A stretch of 64,000 bases of DNA from Rhodothermales bacterium (GTDB lineage Bacteria > Bacteroidota > Rhodothermia > Rhodothermales > Bin80), in the NCBI GenBank assembly GCA_963665975.1, contig OY762508.1, positions 916,585-980,584 on the forward strand, given 5' to 3'. Numbering within the stretch: position 1 is the stretch's first letter; the number at the start of each line of letters is the position of its first letter. Position numbers and translations under genes: made by a program. This document shows, piece by piece, positions 34,836-43,740 of the stretch. The notes under the pieces were generated by a model. It saw only the letters and a program-made list of their open reading frames with translations. It did not search any database and was not told where the DNA came from.

Positions 34836-36959
34836 ATGTCATTTGGCTTGCACCCGTGGCCCCTTTTTCTCTGCGCCATGGCCGCCGTTGCCCTGGCGGT
34901 ATTCACATACCAGCGTAGTGTGCCGCGGCTGGCGGGCACCCGCAATTGGATGCTCGTATTTCTGCGCTCGCTATCCCTGTTCCTAATTTTTTTTCTGCTT
35001 TTCCAGCCTACATGGCGCCACCGCTCCTCCCGATTGCTCCCCGCAGTACTGGCAATCCTGGTTGATGACAGTGAGAGCCTCGGACTGGCGTCCGAGGGGG
35101 CGCCTCCCGAGCAGAACATGCAGAGCTTGTTGGCGTCCCTCCCACCGTTTGATGGAAACCTACCGCTATTCAGCTTTAGCGATGCGCTGCGAAGCGTAGC
35201 CAGCCCGGAATCCCTGCGGTTTGACGGCGCGCGCACCAATATTGCGAGGGCGCTTTCCGAGATAAAGACAACCCTGGCTGAGGAAAACCTGCGCGGTGTT
35301 CTTCTGCTTACCGACGGACAGTACAACACCGGCCGCAACCCGATTTATACGGCGGAAGAGTACGGTGTGGCGATCCATACCGTTGCCATCGGTGATACGC
35401 TGCACCGGCGTGACGTGCAGATTCGCCGCGTAATCACCAATGAAATCGCCTACGTCAACCGCGCATTACCCATCCGGGTCGGGCTGCGTACGGAGGGCTT
35501 CTCCGGGGAAGAGGCCACCGTCTCCTTGATGCGCGGCGCCGAGGTGCTGGGCTTTCAGCGCGTACGCCTGCCCAATGGCTCTGCCGAGATACCCGTCGAC
35601 CTCTCGTATACTCCGACAGAGGAAGGCCTCCACCAGTTGCGTGTGGTCGTCACACAACTGGACGGCGAGATCACCTACCGTAACAACACCGAAACCATTC
35701 CCGTCCGCGTGCTGCAAAGTAAGCGCCGCGTGTTGCTGCTGGCAGCTGCTCCCGGCCCGGACCTTGCCACGATTACCCACCTGTTGCGCCGAGACGGCCA
35801 GACGGAATTCATTTCGTACGTGCAAAAGGAACCGGGAATCTTTTACGAGGGAGCATTCCCGTCGTCACTGACAGATGTCGACCTCATCCTACTGGCTGGC
35901 TATCCCGGGCCTGGTGCCCGATTGGAGGAGATAGAGACCATAGCCCGCGGTGTCGAGGGCGGTATCCCCATCCTGTTCCTGGTTGGCCGGCAGACGAATC
36001 TGGATGCTGTGCGAAACCTTGGCGCCTCGCTGCCCGTTGCCCCGGAGCGTCGGCAGCCGGGATTCGGGGAGGCCTCCATAGCCATAACGCCTGTGGGCCA
36101 GCAGCATCCCGTTCTGGATATTCCTCAGATACCTGCGTCTCTGGACCACTTGCCGCCGCTACAATACAACCAGAATTTGTGGGAGGCCAGCCGTGATGCG
36201 CGGGTGCTTGCGCGCGTTGCGTTGCGCGGCGTCGAGCTCAGCCACCCGCTGCTCGTGGTGCGCAATCGTGCTGGCAACCGATCTGCTGCTTTCTTGGGAT
36301 CTGGCACCTGGCGGTGGAGCAATCTACCTGAAGACCTGGAAGACTATAACACGTTCTGGCCTGCTCTGTTTGATAATCTGGTGCAATGGCTAACCACGCC
36401 TGAAGACGACCGGCCCGTGCGAATTCAGCCTGTACAGGATATCTTTGGGGGCAGCGACGCCATTCAGTTCGCGGGACAGGTATATGACGAAAGCCTGAAC
36501 CCGGTGAGCGACGCGTCGGTCGTCCTGAACCTCACAGCCCCCGACGGGACGCGGTATCCGTACCATATGGAAGCATTGGCGAGCGGCCGCTACGTGCTGA
36601 ATATCGGAACGCTACCAGAGGGATTCTATGCTTATGAAGCAGTGGTCTCCCGGCGGCAAGAAGAATTGGGGCGCGACTCCGGGGCCTTTACGGTGGGCGC
36701 CCTCACGCTGGAATTCAAGGAAACGCGCGCAAACGCCACCCTGCTGCGCCAGATCGCTCACCGATCGGGAGGGCAGTTCTTCACACCTGCCTCCCTGCAT
36801 ACCCTAAGCGACGTACTCGCGGCTGACAGCTTGTTCCGACCGACAACGCTCGATACGTCTCGCGCCACTGATCTCTGGCGCCTGCCACTCTTAGGAGTCC
36901 TCATCGTATTCCTCTTGGCAACTGAATGGATTCTGCGGAAACGCTGGGGGCTGGTGTAG
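34836..36959 (+). CDS. membrane protein with an N-terminal double-TM segment and a VWA-like domain (BatA-like N-terminus), plus a C-terminal TM anchor
   Basis: Two N-terminal TM helices followed by AILVDDSESL (a DxSxS MIDAS-like motif), a long beta-rich middle region, and a terminal TM helix LLGVLIVFLLATEWILRKRW. Confidence 0.65.
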   Translation: MSFGLHPWPLFLCAMAAVALAVFTYQRSVPRLAGTRNWMLVFLRSLSLFLIFFLLFQPTWRHRSSRLLPAVLAILVDDSESLGLASEGAPPEQNMQSLLASLPPFDGNLPLFSFSDALRSVASPESLRFDGARTNIARALSEIKTTLAEENLRGVLLLTDGQYNTGRNPIYTAEEYGVAIHTVAIGDTLHRRDVQIRRVITNEIAYVNRALPIRVGLRTEGFSGEEATVSLMRGAEVLGFQRVRLPNGSAEIPVDLSYTPTEEGLHQLRVVVTQLDGEITYRNNTETIPVRVLQSKRRVLLLAAAPGPDLATITHLLRRDGQTEFISYVQKEPGIFYEGAFPSSLTDVDLILLAGYPGPGARLEEIETIARGVEGGIPILFLVGRQTNLDAVRNLGASLPVAPERRQPGFGEASIAITPVGQQHPVLDIPQIPASLDHLPPLQYNQNLWEASRDARVLARVALRGVELSHPLLVVRNRAGNRSAAFLGSGTWRWSNLPEDLEDYNTFWPALFDNLVQWLTTPEDDRPVRIQPVQDIFGGSDAIQFAGQVYDESLNPVSDASVVLNLTAPDGTRYPYHMEALASGRYVLNIGTLPEGFYAYEAVVSRRQEELGRDSGAFTVGALTLEFKETRANATLLRQIAHRSGGQFFTPASLHTLSDVLAADSLFRPTTLDTSRATDLWRLPLLGVLIVFLLATEWILRKRWGLV

Positions 36960-37010
36960 CCATGTTCCCGCACCTCCATTGCATACCTCCCATTGAACTC
37001 TATTGAACTC

Positions 37011-37364
37011 ATGAACAACTTCCACCGCATTCGCACAGTACAGGAGTACCAGGAGGCCGTCGATCGCTCGATGCTACAACCGGTTATCCTGTACAAACAC
37101 AGTAGCCTATGTGAACTCTGCATTCTTGTGCATGCAGAGCTTGAAACGCTTAACGAGGAAGGTGACCCGCCGATTTATCAAGTCGTCGTCCAGGAAGCCC
37201 GGCCACTCTCCAATAGCATTGAGGCAACACTCGGCATTCGGCACGAATCGCCGCAGGTGATCATTCTCTACGATCGGATGCCGGTCTTCCACGCATCACA
37301 CCGCGCTGTTACAGCCACAGCGGTACGTGGCGCCATTGAAGACCTCGCGGCTTCGCAGACGTAA
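37011..37364 (+). CDS. YtxJ-like thioredoxin-fold protein (bacillithiol-system-associated family), CxxC variant
   Basis: About 117 aa. VILYKHSSLCELC sits where the YtxJ KHSxxCxIS motif lies, and ESPQVIILYD is a typical later strand. Recognition is by eye only. Confidence 0.55.
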   Translation: MNNFHRIRTVQEYQEAVDRSMLQPVILYKHSSLCELCILVHAELETLNEEGDPPIYQVVVQEARPLSNSIEATLGIRHESPQVIILYDRMPVFHASHRAVTATAVRGAIEDLAASQT

Positions 37365-37416
37365 CGTAATCCTCAGGCCTGAAGTCCCGGTCCGCAGTTG
37401 CGATGCGGTGGTACTG

Positions 37417-39525
37417 CTACTCGAACATGCTGGCGTCAACACCCGCGTTGATCTCAATGGACTCGATTGTCACCGAGCCAACTGGTTGCCCGTGCGAGGT
37501 CATGGAGCTCATAAACGGCAGCGTTATTCCACCTGCCACCTCTCTGAAGTCGGACAATGTTTCGACCACAGGCGTGGGCGGACCCATATTGGAACTCGTG
37601 TAAGCAAGCGCAAGCGGCAGCATGGTCGTGCTGTCCACGTACAGCTTAAAACCAGTCCCGGAGGGCGGCGTGATCTGCAATACGTCAGCCTCATTACCGT
37701 CGAATTCCTCTCCTCCAAGAAGCTGCACGTCCACCTCGTCGGCATGTGCAATCAGATAGGCCGGGTCGCGCCAGAGTGAGGAAATAATTTCCTCCTTCAT
37801 CTGCGGTTGCATCTGCTCTGGTAGCATATCCGGAAAGGTGAACGTATCCCCTTTGCGAACAATCACAATTGCTCCCATTGGCGTTTGCTGCACCAGGCGG
37901 ACGTGATCCGGGTATTGCATTGCAATCTCAATCCCTATCGACATCTCCATGTTGTCTGGCGTCTTCACCGATTGCGCACTCTTGAACAGGATGGTTTCGA
38001 TGCCGTCGAATGCCGCCTGTCCTCCCAGGGCCTCGATGACGCCGTTTAGCACTACACGTCCCTGCTCCATTGTTTGCTCGGTAGCCTCCGGAAGCGCCTC
38101 TTCACCCGTCGGAATCGTGATATCGATTTCCTGAACCGGTCCGAGCACCGATAGCGGTTCGCCGAATTCATCCGGATTGCCAACGGCGATGATCTGCACC
38201 TTGTCCGGCTTCAGGTATTGCGTGGATACACGATGCACATCGTTCGCGGACACCGCTTCGATACCGGACTTGACCTGGTGCAGGAAGTCTTTCGGATAGT
38301 CGTAATACTCGTAGGTCATCATCCGGCTTACGATTTCCCGGCGCGTATCGAACCGAAATACGAATGAGTTCAGATAGCTGTCCTTGGCCTGCATCATTTC
38401 GTCCTCCGACGGCGGAGCCGCACGCATCTGCTCAATCTCGTGCAGGACACTACTGGCGGCCTCAACAGTGGACTCGCTCTTGGTCATGACACCGGCATAG
38501 AAATCACCCGGACGATCGTAGGAACCGGTGTAAGAGCCAAACACTGAATAGGCAAGCCCCTGATCGTCCCGTACGTTTTGAAACAGACGGCTCGAAAACC
38601 CACCGCTTAGCACCTGGTTCATCACGCGTACGGCCGAATAATCCGGGTCGTTCAGCAACAGTTCGCCCGGATGTCCCAACAGAATCGTAGTCTGCGTCAC
38701 ATCCTCCTTTCGGGCGAGATTCACTCCGTACTCTGTCATTCCGGGCATCGCTGGCGGTCCGGCTCGCATGAAGCCCTCCTGCTTTGGCCAGTCAGCGAAG
38801 CGTTCCTTGATCCGCTGCGCCATTTCGGCGGTGTCAAAGTCTCCCCATACTCCCAGAATCAAATTGTTGGGGTGAAAAAAGCGATCATGAAACGCCACGA
38901 GATCGTCGCGCTCTATCGCATCCAGCGTCACATACTCCGCAGACCGCGCCAGTGGGTGGTCGGACCCATAAAGCAGCTCGTCGAATTCCCGGTAGGCGAT
39001 CGACTGCGCATTGTCGTTTCGGCGAGAGATAGCCGACTTTTGCTGCGTAAGGGCGAGTTGGATTTTGTCGTCCGGGAAAGCCGGGTGCATGAGCACATCG
39101 GCAAAGATGTCCAGGACTTCGTCTACATGCTCCTTGAGCGTAGACATGAAGACAGAGCCCGAGGTCGATCCGATAGACGTCTCGACGCTTGCAGCAATCG
39201 TTTCGAGGCGCTCGTTGATTTCGTCGCCGCTCATGGACGTCGAGCCGCCGGTGCGCATTACCTGTCCGGTAACTCTGGCGAGCCCGACCTTTTCGGCTGA
39301 CTCGTGGACCGAGCCCCCGCCAATCCGCGCTTGCATGCTGATCAGGGGCAATTGATGATCCTCAATCAGGAAGAGGATCATACCGTTGTCCAGCTCCACA
39401 CGTTCGGCCTCGGGTATGGTGAAGTCCGGAAGTGGCGGATACTCGATTTCCGTGTAATGCTTCTGTCCCCAGGCTGGCAGCACCAGGGCGAGCGTCAAGG
39501 CGAGAAGTGGGATGCGCTTTTTCAT
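37417..39525 (-). CDS. M16 family (pitrilysin-like) peptidase, non-catalytic-type subunit with a ~250-aa C-terminal extension
   Basis: Signal peptide and M16 fold pattern. The position of the HxxEH zinc motif reads GLARVTGQVM, so no zinc ligands are present. Confidence 0.8.
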   Translation of the reverse strand: MKKRIPLLALTLALVLPAWGQKHYTEIEYPPLPDFTIPEAERVELDNGMILFLIEDHQLPLISMQARIGGGSVHESAEKVGLARVTGQVMRTGGSTSMSGDEINERLETIAASVETSIGSTSGSVFMSTLKEHVDEVLDIFADVLMHPAFPDDKIQLALTQQKSAISRRNDNAQSIAYREFDELLYGSDHPLARSAEYVTLDAIERDDLVAFHDRFFHPNNLILGVWGDFDTAEMAQRIKERFADWPKQEGFMRAGPPAMPGMTEYGVNLARKEDVTQTTILLGHPGELLLNDPDYSAVRVMNQVLSGGFSSRLFQNVRDDQGLAYSVFGSYTGSYDRPGDFYAGVMTKSESTVEAASSVLHEIEQMRAAPPSEDEMMQAKDSYLNSFVFRFDTRREIVSRMMTYEYYDYPKDFLHQVKSGIEAVSANDVHRVSTQYLKPDKVQIIAVGNPDEFGEPLSVLGPVQEIDITIPTGEEALPEATEQTMEQGRVVLNGVIEALGGQAAFDGIETILFKSAQSVKTPDNMEMSIGIEIAMQYPDHVRLVQQTPMGAIVIVRKGDTFTFPDMLPEQMQPQMKEEIISSLWRDPAYLIAHADEVDVQLLGGEEFDGNEADVLQITPPSGTGFKLYVDSTTMLPLALAYTSSNMGPPTPVVETLSDFREVAGGITLPFMSSMTSHGQPVGSVTIESIEINAGVDASMFE

Positions 39526-39572
39526 GGACCTTGGGAATCATTGGATGGCGGGCAGGGTGGCACACGAGGTGT

Positions 39573-41123
39573 TCAGCTTCCGGATTCGTCCGGCTCCTCC
39601 TCCGTGCTCTTCTCCGTTCTGATCATGGCTACCGTGCGATTCTTTGCATTGAACGTTTCCTGGGCGATGCGAGTTACCTGGTCGACGGTCACGGCGTCGA
39701 TACGATCGATGCTGCTGAAGAGGTTACGCCAATCCCCGGTGACTGCTTCGTAATAGGCCAACGAACCTGCCACGCCCGAGTTGGACTGCAGTCCGCGTAT
39801 AAGGCTCGCACGCGCACGTGTCTTGGCCCGTTGCAGTTCCTGTTCCGAAATCCCGTTCTCCTGAATATCAGCGACGATGTCGTAGATCGCCTCCTCCAGC
39901 TCTTCGGGCGTGTGCCCCTGCGTCGGAACGGCGAAGAAAAGGAACAGATTGGCGTACTTGTCCCCGGGGAAATTGTTGAAAGCGCTCACCTGCAACGCAA
40001 GCTTCTCCTCTTCCACCAACCGCTTGTAGAAACGACTTGTACGTCCGGTGGAGAGCACATCCGAGAGCACGGAAAATGCCGCATCATCGGGATGCAGGCT
40101 GCTTCCCTTGTGATAGCCGACGATCAAGAAAGGCTGGGACTCTTCCTCTATGATCACTCTACGCTCGGCAATCTGGGGCGGCTCAATCGTTTCGACGGGA
40201 TCGGGCTCCTCCGCGCCTGGCATGCGCCCGAAATAGGATTCTGCGAGACGCTTGATTTCGTTCGGATCCACGCTGCCCGCGATAGCAATCGTCAAATTGT
40301 TGGCGCCATAATACTTTTGGAAAAAGCTGATCGCCTCTTCTCGCGTAAACGACTGCAAATCGGACATGTGGCCGACGACGGGTTCACCATACGGATGCGC
40401 CTTGAACGCCGTCGCCAGGAATTCCTCCAGGAGTCGTCCTACGGGATTGCTCTCCGTACGCATGCGGCGCTCTTCCATCACCACATCGCGCTCGATATAG
40501 AACTCGCGCATTACGGGATTGAGGAAACGATCCGATTCCAGCGTAAACCACAACTCGGTCTTGTTTGCGGGCAGGCTATAGAAGTAGAGGGTGGCATCGG
40601 AACTCGTTCCGGCATTCAATCCGGTGCCACCAGCGCGCTCGATGACCTTCTCGAACTCACCATTTTCGACCCACTCAGCAGCAGCCTCCTTACCCTCCTC
40701 GAATTCTGCTTCCAGCGCTGCGATGCGCGCGGTATCGGCCATGGCGCCTTTCCGGCGCTCCACCTTCAGCTGCGCATAGGTCTCATCGATCACCAGCATA
40801 CTTTCCAGTTCTTTTTCGAGGTCCTTCGTCCCGATGGTGCGGGTTCCCTTAAACGCCATATGCTCGAACATGTGGGCAATACCGGTGATACCCTTGACCT
40901 CGTCTACGCCGCCGACATCGGCATAGGTATAGAATGATACCACGGGTGCTTCGTGGCGCTCCAGCACCACAAACGTAAGGCCGTTATCAAGCGTGAACTC
41001 GGTGATGTTCTCTTCGAATTGGCTCAGCATGTCCTGCGCCGATCCAGAGATGGTGACCGATAGGCCTGCCAGGAAAATTCCCGTGACAACCAGGAGCTGC
41101 TTGTAATACGATGTACGCGACAT
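39573..41123 (-). CDS. M16 family zinc peptidase (catalytic-type)
   Basis: The inverted zinc motif HMFEH occurs in GIAHMFEHMAFKG, with an N-terminal signal/TM segment. It lies adjacent to and co-directional with the non-catalytic M16 partner. Confidence 0.88.
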   Translation of the reverse strand: MSRTSYYKQLLVVTGIFLAGLSVTISGSAQDMLSQFEENITEFTLDNGLTFVVLERHEAPVVSFYTYADVGGVDEVKGITGIAHMFEHMAFKGTRTIGTKDLEKELESMLVIDETYAQLKVERRKGAMADTARIAALEAEFEEGKEAAAEWVENGEFEKVIERAGGTGLNAGTSSDATLYFYSLPANKTELWFTLESDRFLNPVMREFYIERDVVMEERRMRTESNPVGRLLEEFLATAFKAHPYGEPVVGHMSDLQSFTREEAISFFQKYYGANNLTIAIAGSVDPNEIKRLAESYFGRMPGAEEPDPVETIEPPQIAERRVIIEEESQPFLIVGYHKGSSLHPDDAAFSVLSDVLSTGRTSRFYKRLVEEEKLALQVSAFNNFPGDKYANLFLFFAVPTQGHTPEELEEAIYDIVADIQENGISEQELQRAKTRARASLIRGLQSNSGVAGSLAYYEAVTGDWRNLFSSIDRIDAVTVDQVTRIAQETFNAKNRTVAMIRTEKSTEEEPDESGS

Positions 41124-41409
41124 GTGGGGATGCCAAATTCGTGAACGGGCAAGGGTTGTTGCTATTCAGGTTCGGGGTCACCCGGGTGGCAATAGTAGCC
41201 AAACGCCTGTGCCTACTGCGGGTATGACTGGTTCCCGCATGGACTAAGAAAGCCGAACCTGAACCTATGTTGCCTCCGCCGGCGCCCCGGGTAACGAGGC
41301 ATGCGTCGAAGAGAGCTCTCTCACTATTTTTCCGAAGGACTGTTCCTTACTGGCTGCAAGGCATCGTACGATATGTACCGATTCAACAAGTATTACTTCA
41401 TGTAATTGT

Positions 41410-43617
41410 TCATACAAGACTTACACGAGTTATTCCCTGGTTAGTTGGCGCCAATTGGAACGACACAACGGATTCCGCCTCAGCCAAATACGCATGGACG
41501 GCCTCGCGAAGAGCGCCGGCACCCTTTCCGTGCAGGATCTCAACAACATGGAGATTGGCGGCCACGGCATTGTCAATAAAGCCTTCCACGGCCTGCGCGA
41601 CATCCGGGACGCGACAACCCCGCAAGTCAATGGACTTGCGAACATCGCCCGGCAAGGTGGCCGACAACCGTATTTTGCGCCTGGTCTTCGTGCTGACCCT
41701 GCGCACGCCAGATCGGTCGGTGCGCATCCGCATCGAACCGAACATGATCACGACCTCCGGACCGTCCAGCGCCACGACTTCCCCGCTGGTCGATATCCCG
41801 CTAACGCGCACCAGGTCCCCCACACGCAAGGGGTTCTGGTCCGGGCCCGCCCGCCGGGTCGCGGTGCCTGGTATTCTTCGCGGCGGTGCATGTTTGCGCT
41901 GACGCACGGCCTCACCACCTGTAACATCCTCGGATGATTCGGGCTGAGCTGTTCGTTGCTGAAGGAATTGCAAGTGCCGTTCGGTCTCCCTCAAGCGGTC
42001 TTCAACAGCCTGATTGGCGGCTTCGAACGAGGCAATCAAGTCTTCCAGCGCCGTCTCGCGAGAACCCAATAGGTCCCTCGCGCGCTCGAGCACGGCTGGA
42101 TCAAGCGCCATACGCTCTGCAATGCGAAAGGCATACGAAGATCCGGGCAGGCGCTGCCGGAAAGTATACGTAGGTTGCAGTGTCTGCTGATCGAATTCCA
42201 TAGAACCATTCTCGACACCACGGGCCTCGTGCGCATAGGCCTTGAGAGCACCGTGGTGCGTGGTGACTATGGACCGTGCACTAGCCGCGGTCAGATGTTC
42301 CAATGCCGCCTGGGCGAGCGCTGCCCCTTCGGCGGGATCAGTGCCGGTACCAATCTCGTCGATCAGAATCAGCGCGTTGCCATTTGCCAGCGCAAGCATG
42401 CGTTGCAATCCGTGAATCCGAGAACTAAACGTCGACAGGTCTTTCTCTATCGACTGTTCGTCGCCTATTTCGACGAGCAGGCGCTCGAACAAACACATGC
42501 TGGATTCCGGTTGCGCCGGCAGAGGGATTCCGTAGGCCAGCATAAGCGCAAATAACCCTATGGTCTTCATGGCGACAGTCTTGCCACCCGCGTTCGGCCC
42601 GGTGATGACGAGAGTCCAGGCGTCTGCACCGAGGTGCAGGTCCAGTGGCACTATGGCTTCTCCCCTCTCCCCCATGTGCGCCAACAGAACCGGGTTGCGA
42701 CCGCCCTGTATGTCGATATAGCCGTCGGTGTTTAGCCGGGGCATTACCGCATCTATGCGGTTCGAGTAACGGGCCTTGGCCTGCAGGGCGTCCACATGCG
42801 CCAGACACTCCAGGTTGGCGTGCAACGTGTCCAGGTGGGCACGAACCTGTTGTGTGGCCTCTCGCAGAATACGTTCTATCTCACGCTTCTCTTCTCCCTC
42901 GAGTATCCGCACCTGATTGTTCAGTTCGAGGCACACTGCGGGTTCCATATACACGGTCTGTCCCGTCGCGGATACGTCGTGCACGAAGCCCTTAATCTTT
43001 CGCTTCGCTTCTGCCCGCAAGGGGATTACCATGCGCCCGTTTCGCATGGTCGGTTGCAATTCCGCAGCGTGCCCGTCATTGTGGGCCTTCTGCAGTTCAT
43101 TGCGTATGCTAGCCCGCACCGCTGCCTTCTTCTGACGCAAAAGCCTGCGTATGCGCCGCAGTTCACCCGATGCGTGATCCCGCACCTCGCCATTCTGATC
43201 TACAACACCATTTATATGCTCCTCCAGATCCTGCAACACGACGAGGCTGGCCGTCAGACGCCGCATCCGGGCATGGCCAAGCTTCGCAAAAGCCGACCGG
43301 ATCCGCCGCATGGCGCGAGTGACTTTGCGCACAGCCACGAGATCCTGGCCCTCGACAAACGACGCTTCAGGGGCTACGCGGTCCAGTATTTCACGTACGT
43401 CCAGAAAATCCTCTAGCGGCAGGGCATCGCCCTGTTGCAATGCCCGCTGCATCTCGCCGACGCGCTCCAGTTCTACTTGCACAACCTCCAGTGAGCGCGC
43501 AGCCTGAACACGGAGCAGCCAGGACTCCCCTAGCGGGCCCAGCATGAGCTCGCACAACTGCCGCCGGATCACGTCGAAGCCGACCTTGGCCTCAACGGTA
43601 GATGGATAACACTCCAT
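41410..43617 (-). CDS. mutS2: endonuclease MutS2 (MutS domain V ATPase plus C-terminal Smr domain)
   Basis: Walker A ITGPNAGGKT, IDEIGTGTDP, and Smr tail IDLRG...VEILHGKGAGALREAV. ATG at 43617; a GTG lies at 43626. Confidence 0.9.
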   Translation of the reverse strand: MECYPSTVEAKVGFDVIRRQLCELMLGPLGESWLLRVQAARSLEVVQVELERVGEMQRALQQGDALPLEDFLDVREILDRVAPEASFVEGQDLVAVRKVTRAMRRIRSAFAKLGHARMRRLTASLVVLQDLEEHINGVVDQNGEVRDHASGELRRIRRLLRQKKAAVRASIRNELQKAHNDGHAAELQPTMRNGRMVIPLRAEAKRKIKGFVHDVSATGQTVYMEPAVCLELNNQVRILEGEEKREIERILREATQQVRAHLDTLHANLECLAHVDALQAKARYSNRIDAVMPRLNTDGYIDIQGGRNPVLLAHMGERGEAIVPLDLHLGADAWTLVITGPNAGGKTVAMKTIGLFALMLAYGIPLPAQPESSMCLFERLLVEIGDEQSIEKDLSTFSSRIHGLQRMLALANGNALILIDEIGTGTDPAEGAALAQAALEHLTAASARSIVTTHHGALKAYAHEARGVENGSMEFDQQTLQPTYTFRQRLPGSSYAFRIAERMALDPAVLERARDLLGSRETALEDLIASFEAANQAVEDRLRETERHLQFLQQRTAQPESSEDVTGGEAVRQRKHAPPRRIPGTATRRAGPDQNPLRVGDLVRVSGISTSGEVVALDGPEVVIMFGSMRMRTDRSGVRRVSTKTRRKIRLSATLPGDVRKSIDLRGCRVPDVAQAVEGFIDNAVAANLHVVEILHGKGAGALREAVHAYLAEAESVVSFQLAPTNQGITRVSLV

Positions 43618-43740
43618 GGTTCGCACGCAAGATCGCCGTTGTATCCCGATGGCGGTCCGTGTGATCCGTCATGGCCGACTGCAGTCCACACTATGGCGTA
43701 TGTTGCTTGTGCCTCGTTCAACTTTCAGGAATCCGTGGTC

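Noticed and set aside
39432-40937. 501-aa ORF on the plus strand. Similar long antisense ORFs occur at 47003..48118, 15307..16608, 60496..61614, 10121..10741, 55029..55706, 46203..46958 and 42796..43416.
   Set aside because: Each lies fully inside, and antisense to, a gene with clear family motifs (M16 peptidase, dnaE2, VPS10/BNR, sugar dehydrogenase, accD and others). Their translations are Arg/Pro/Gly/His-rich and low-complexity, typical of shadow ORFs in GC-rich DNA.
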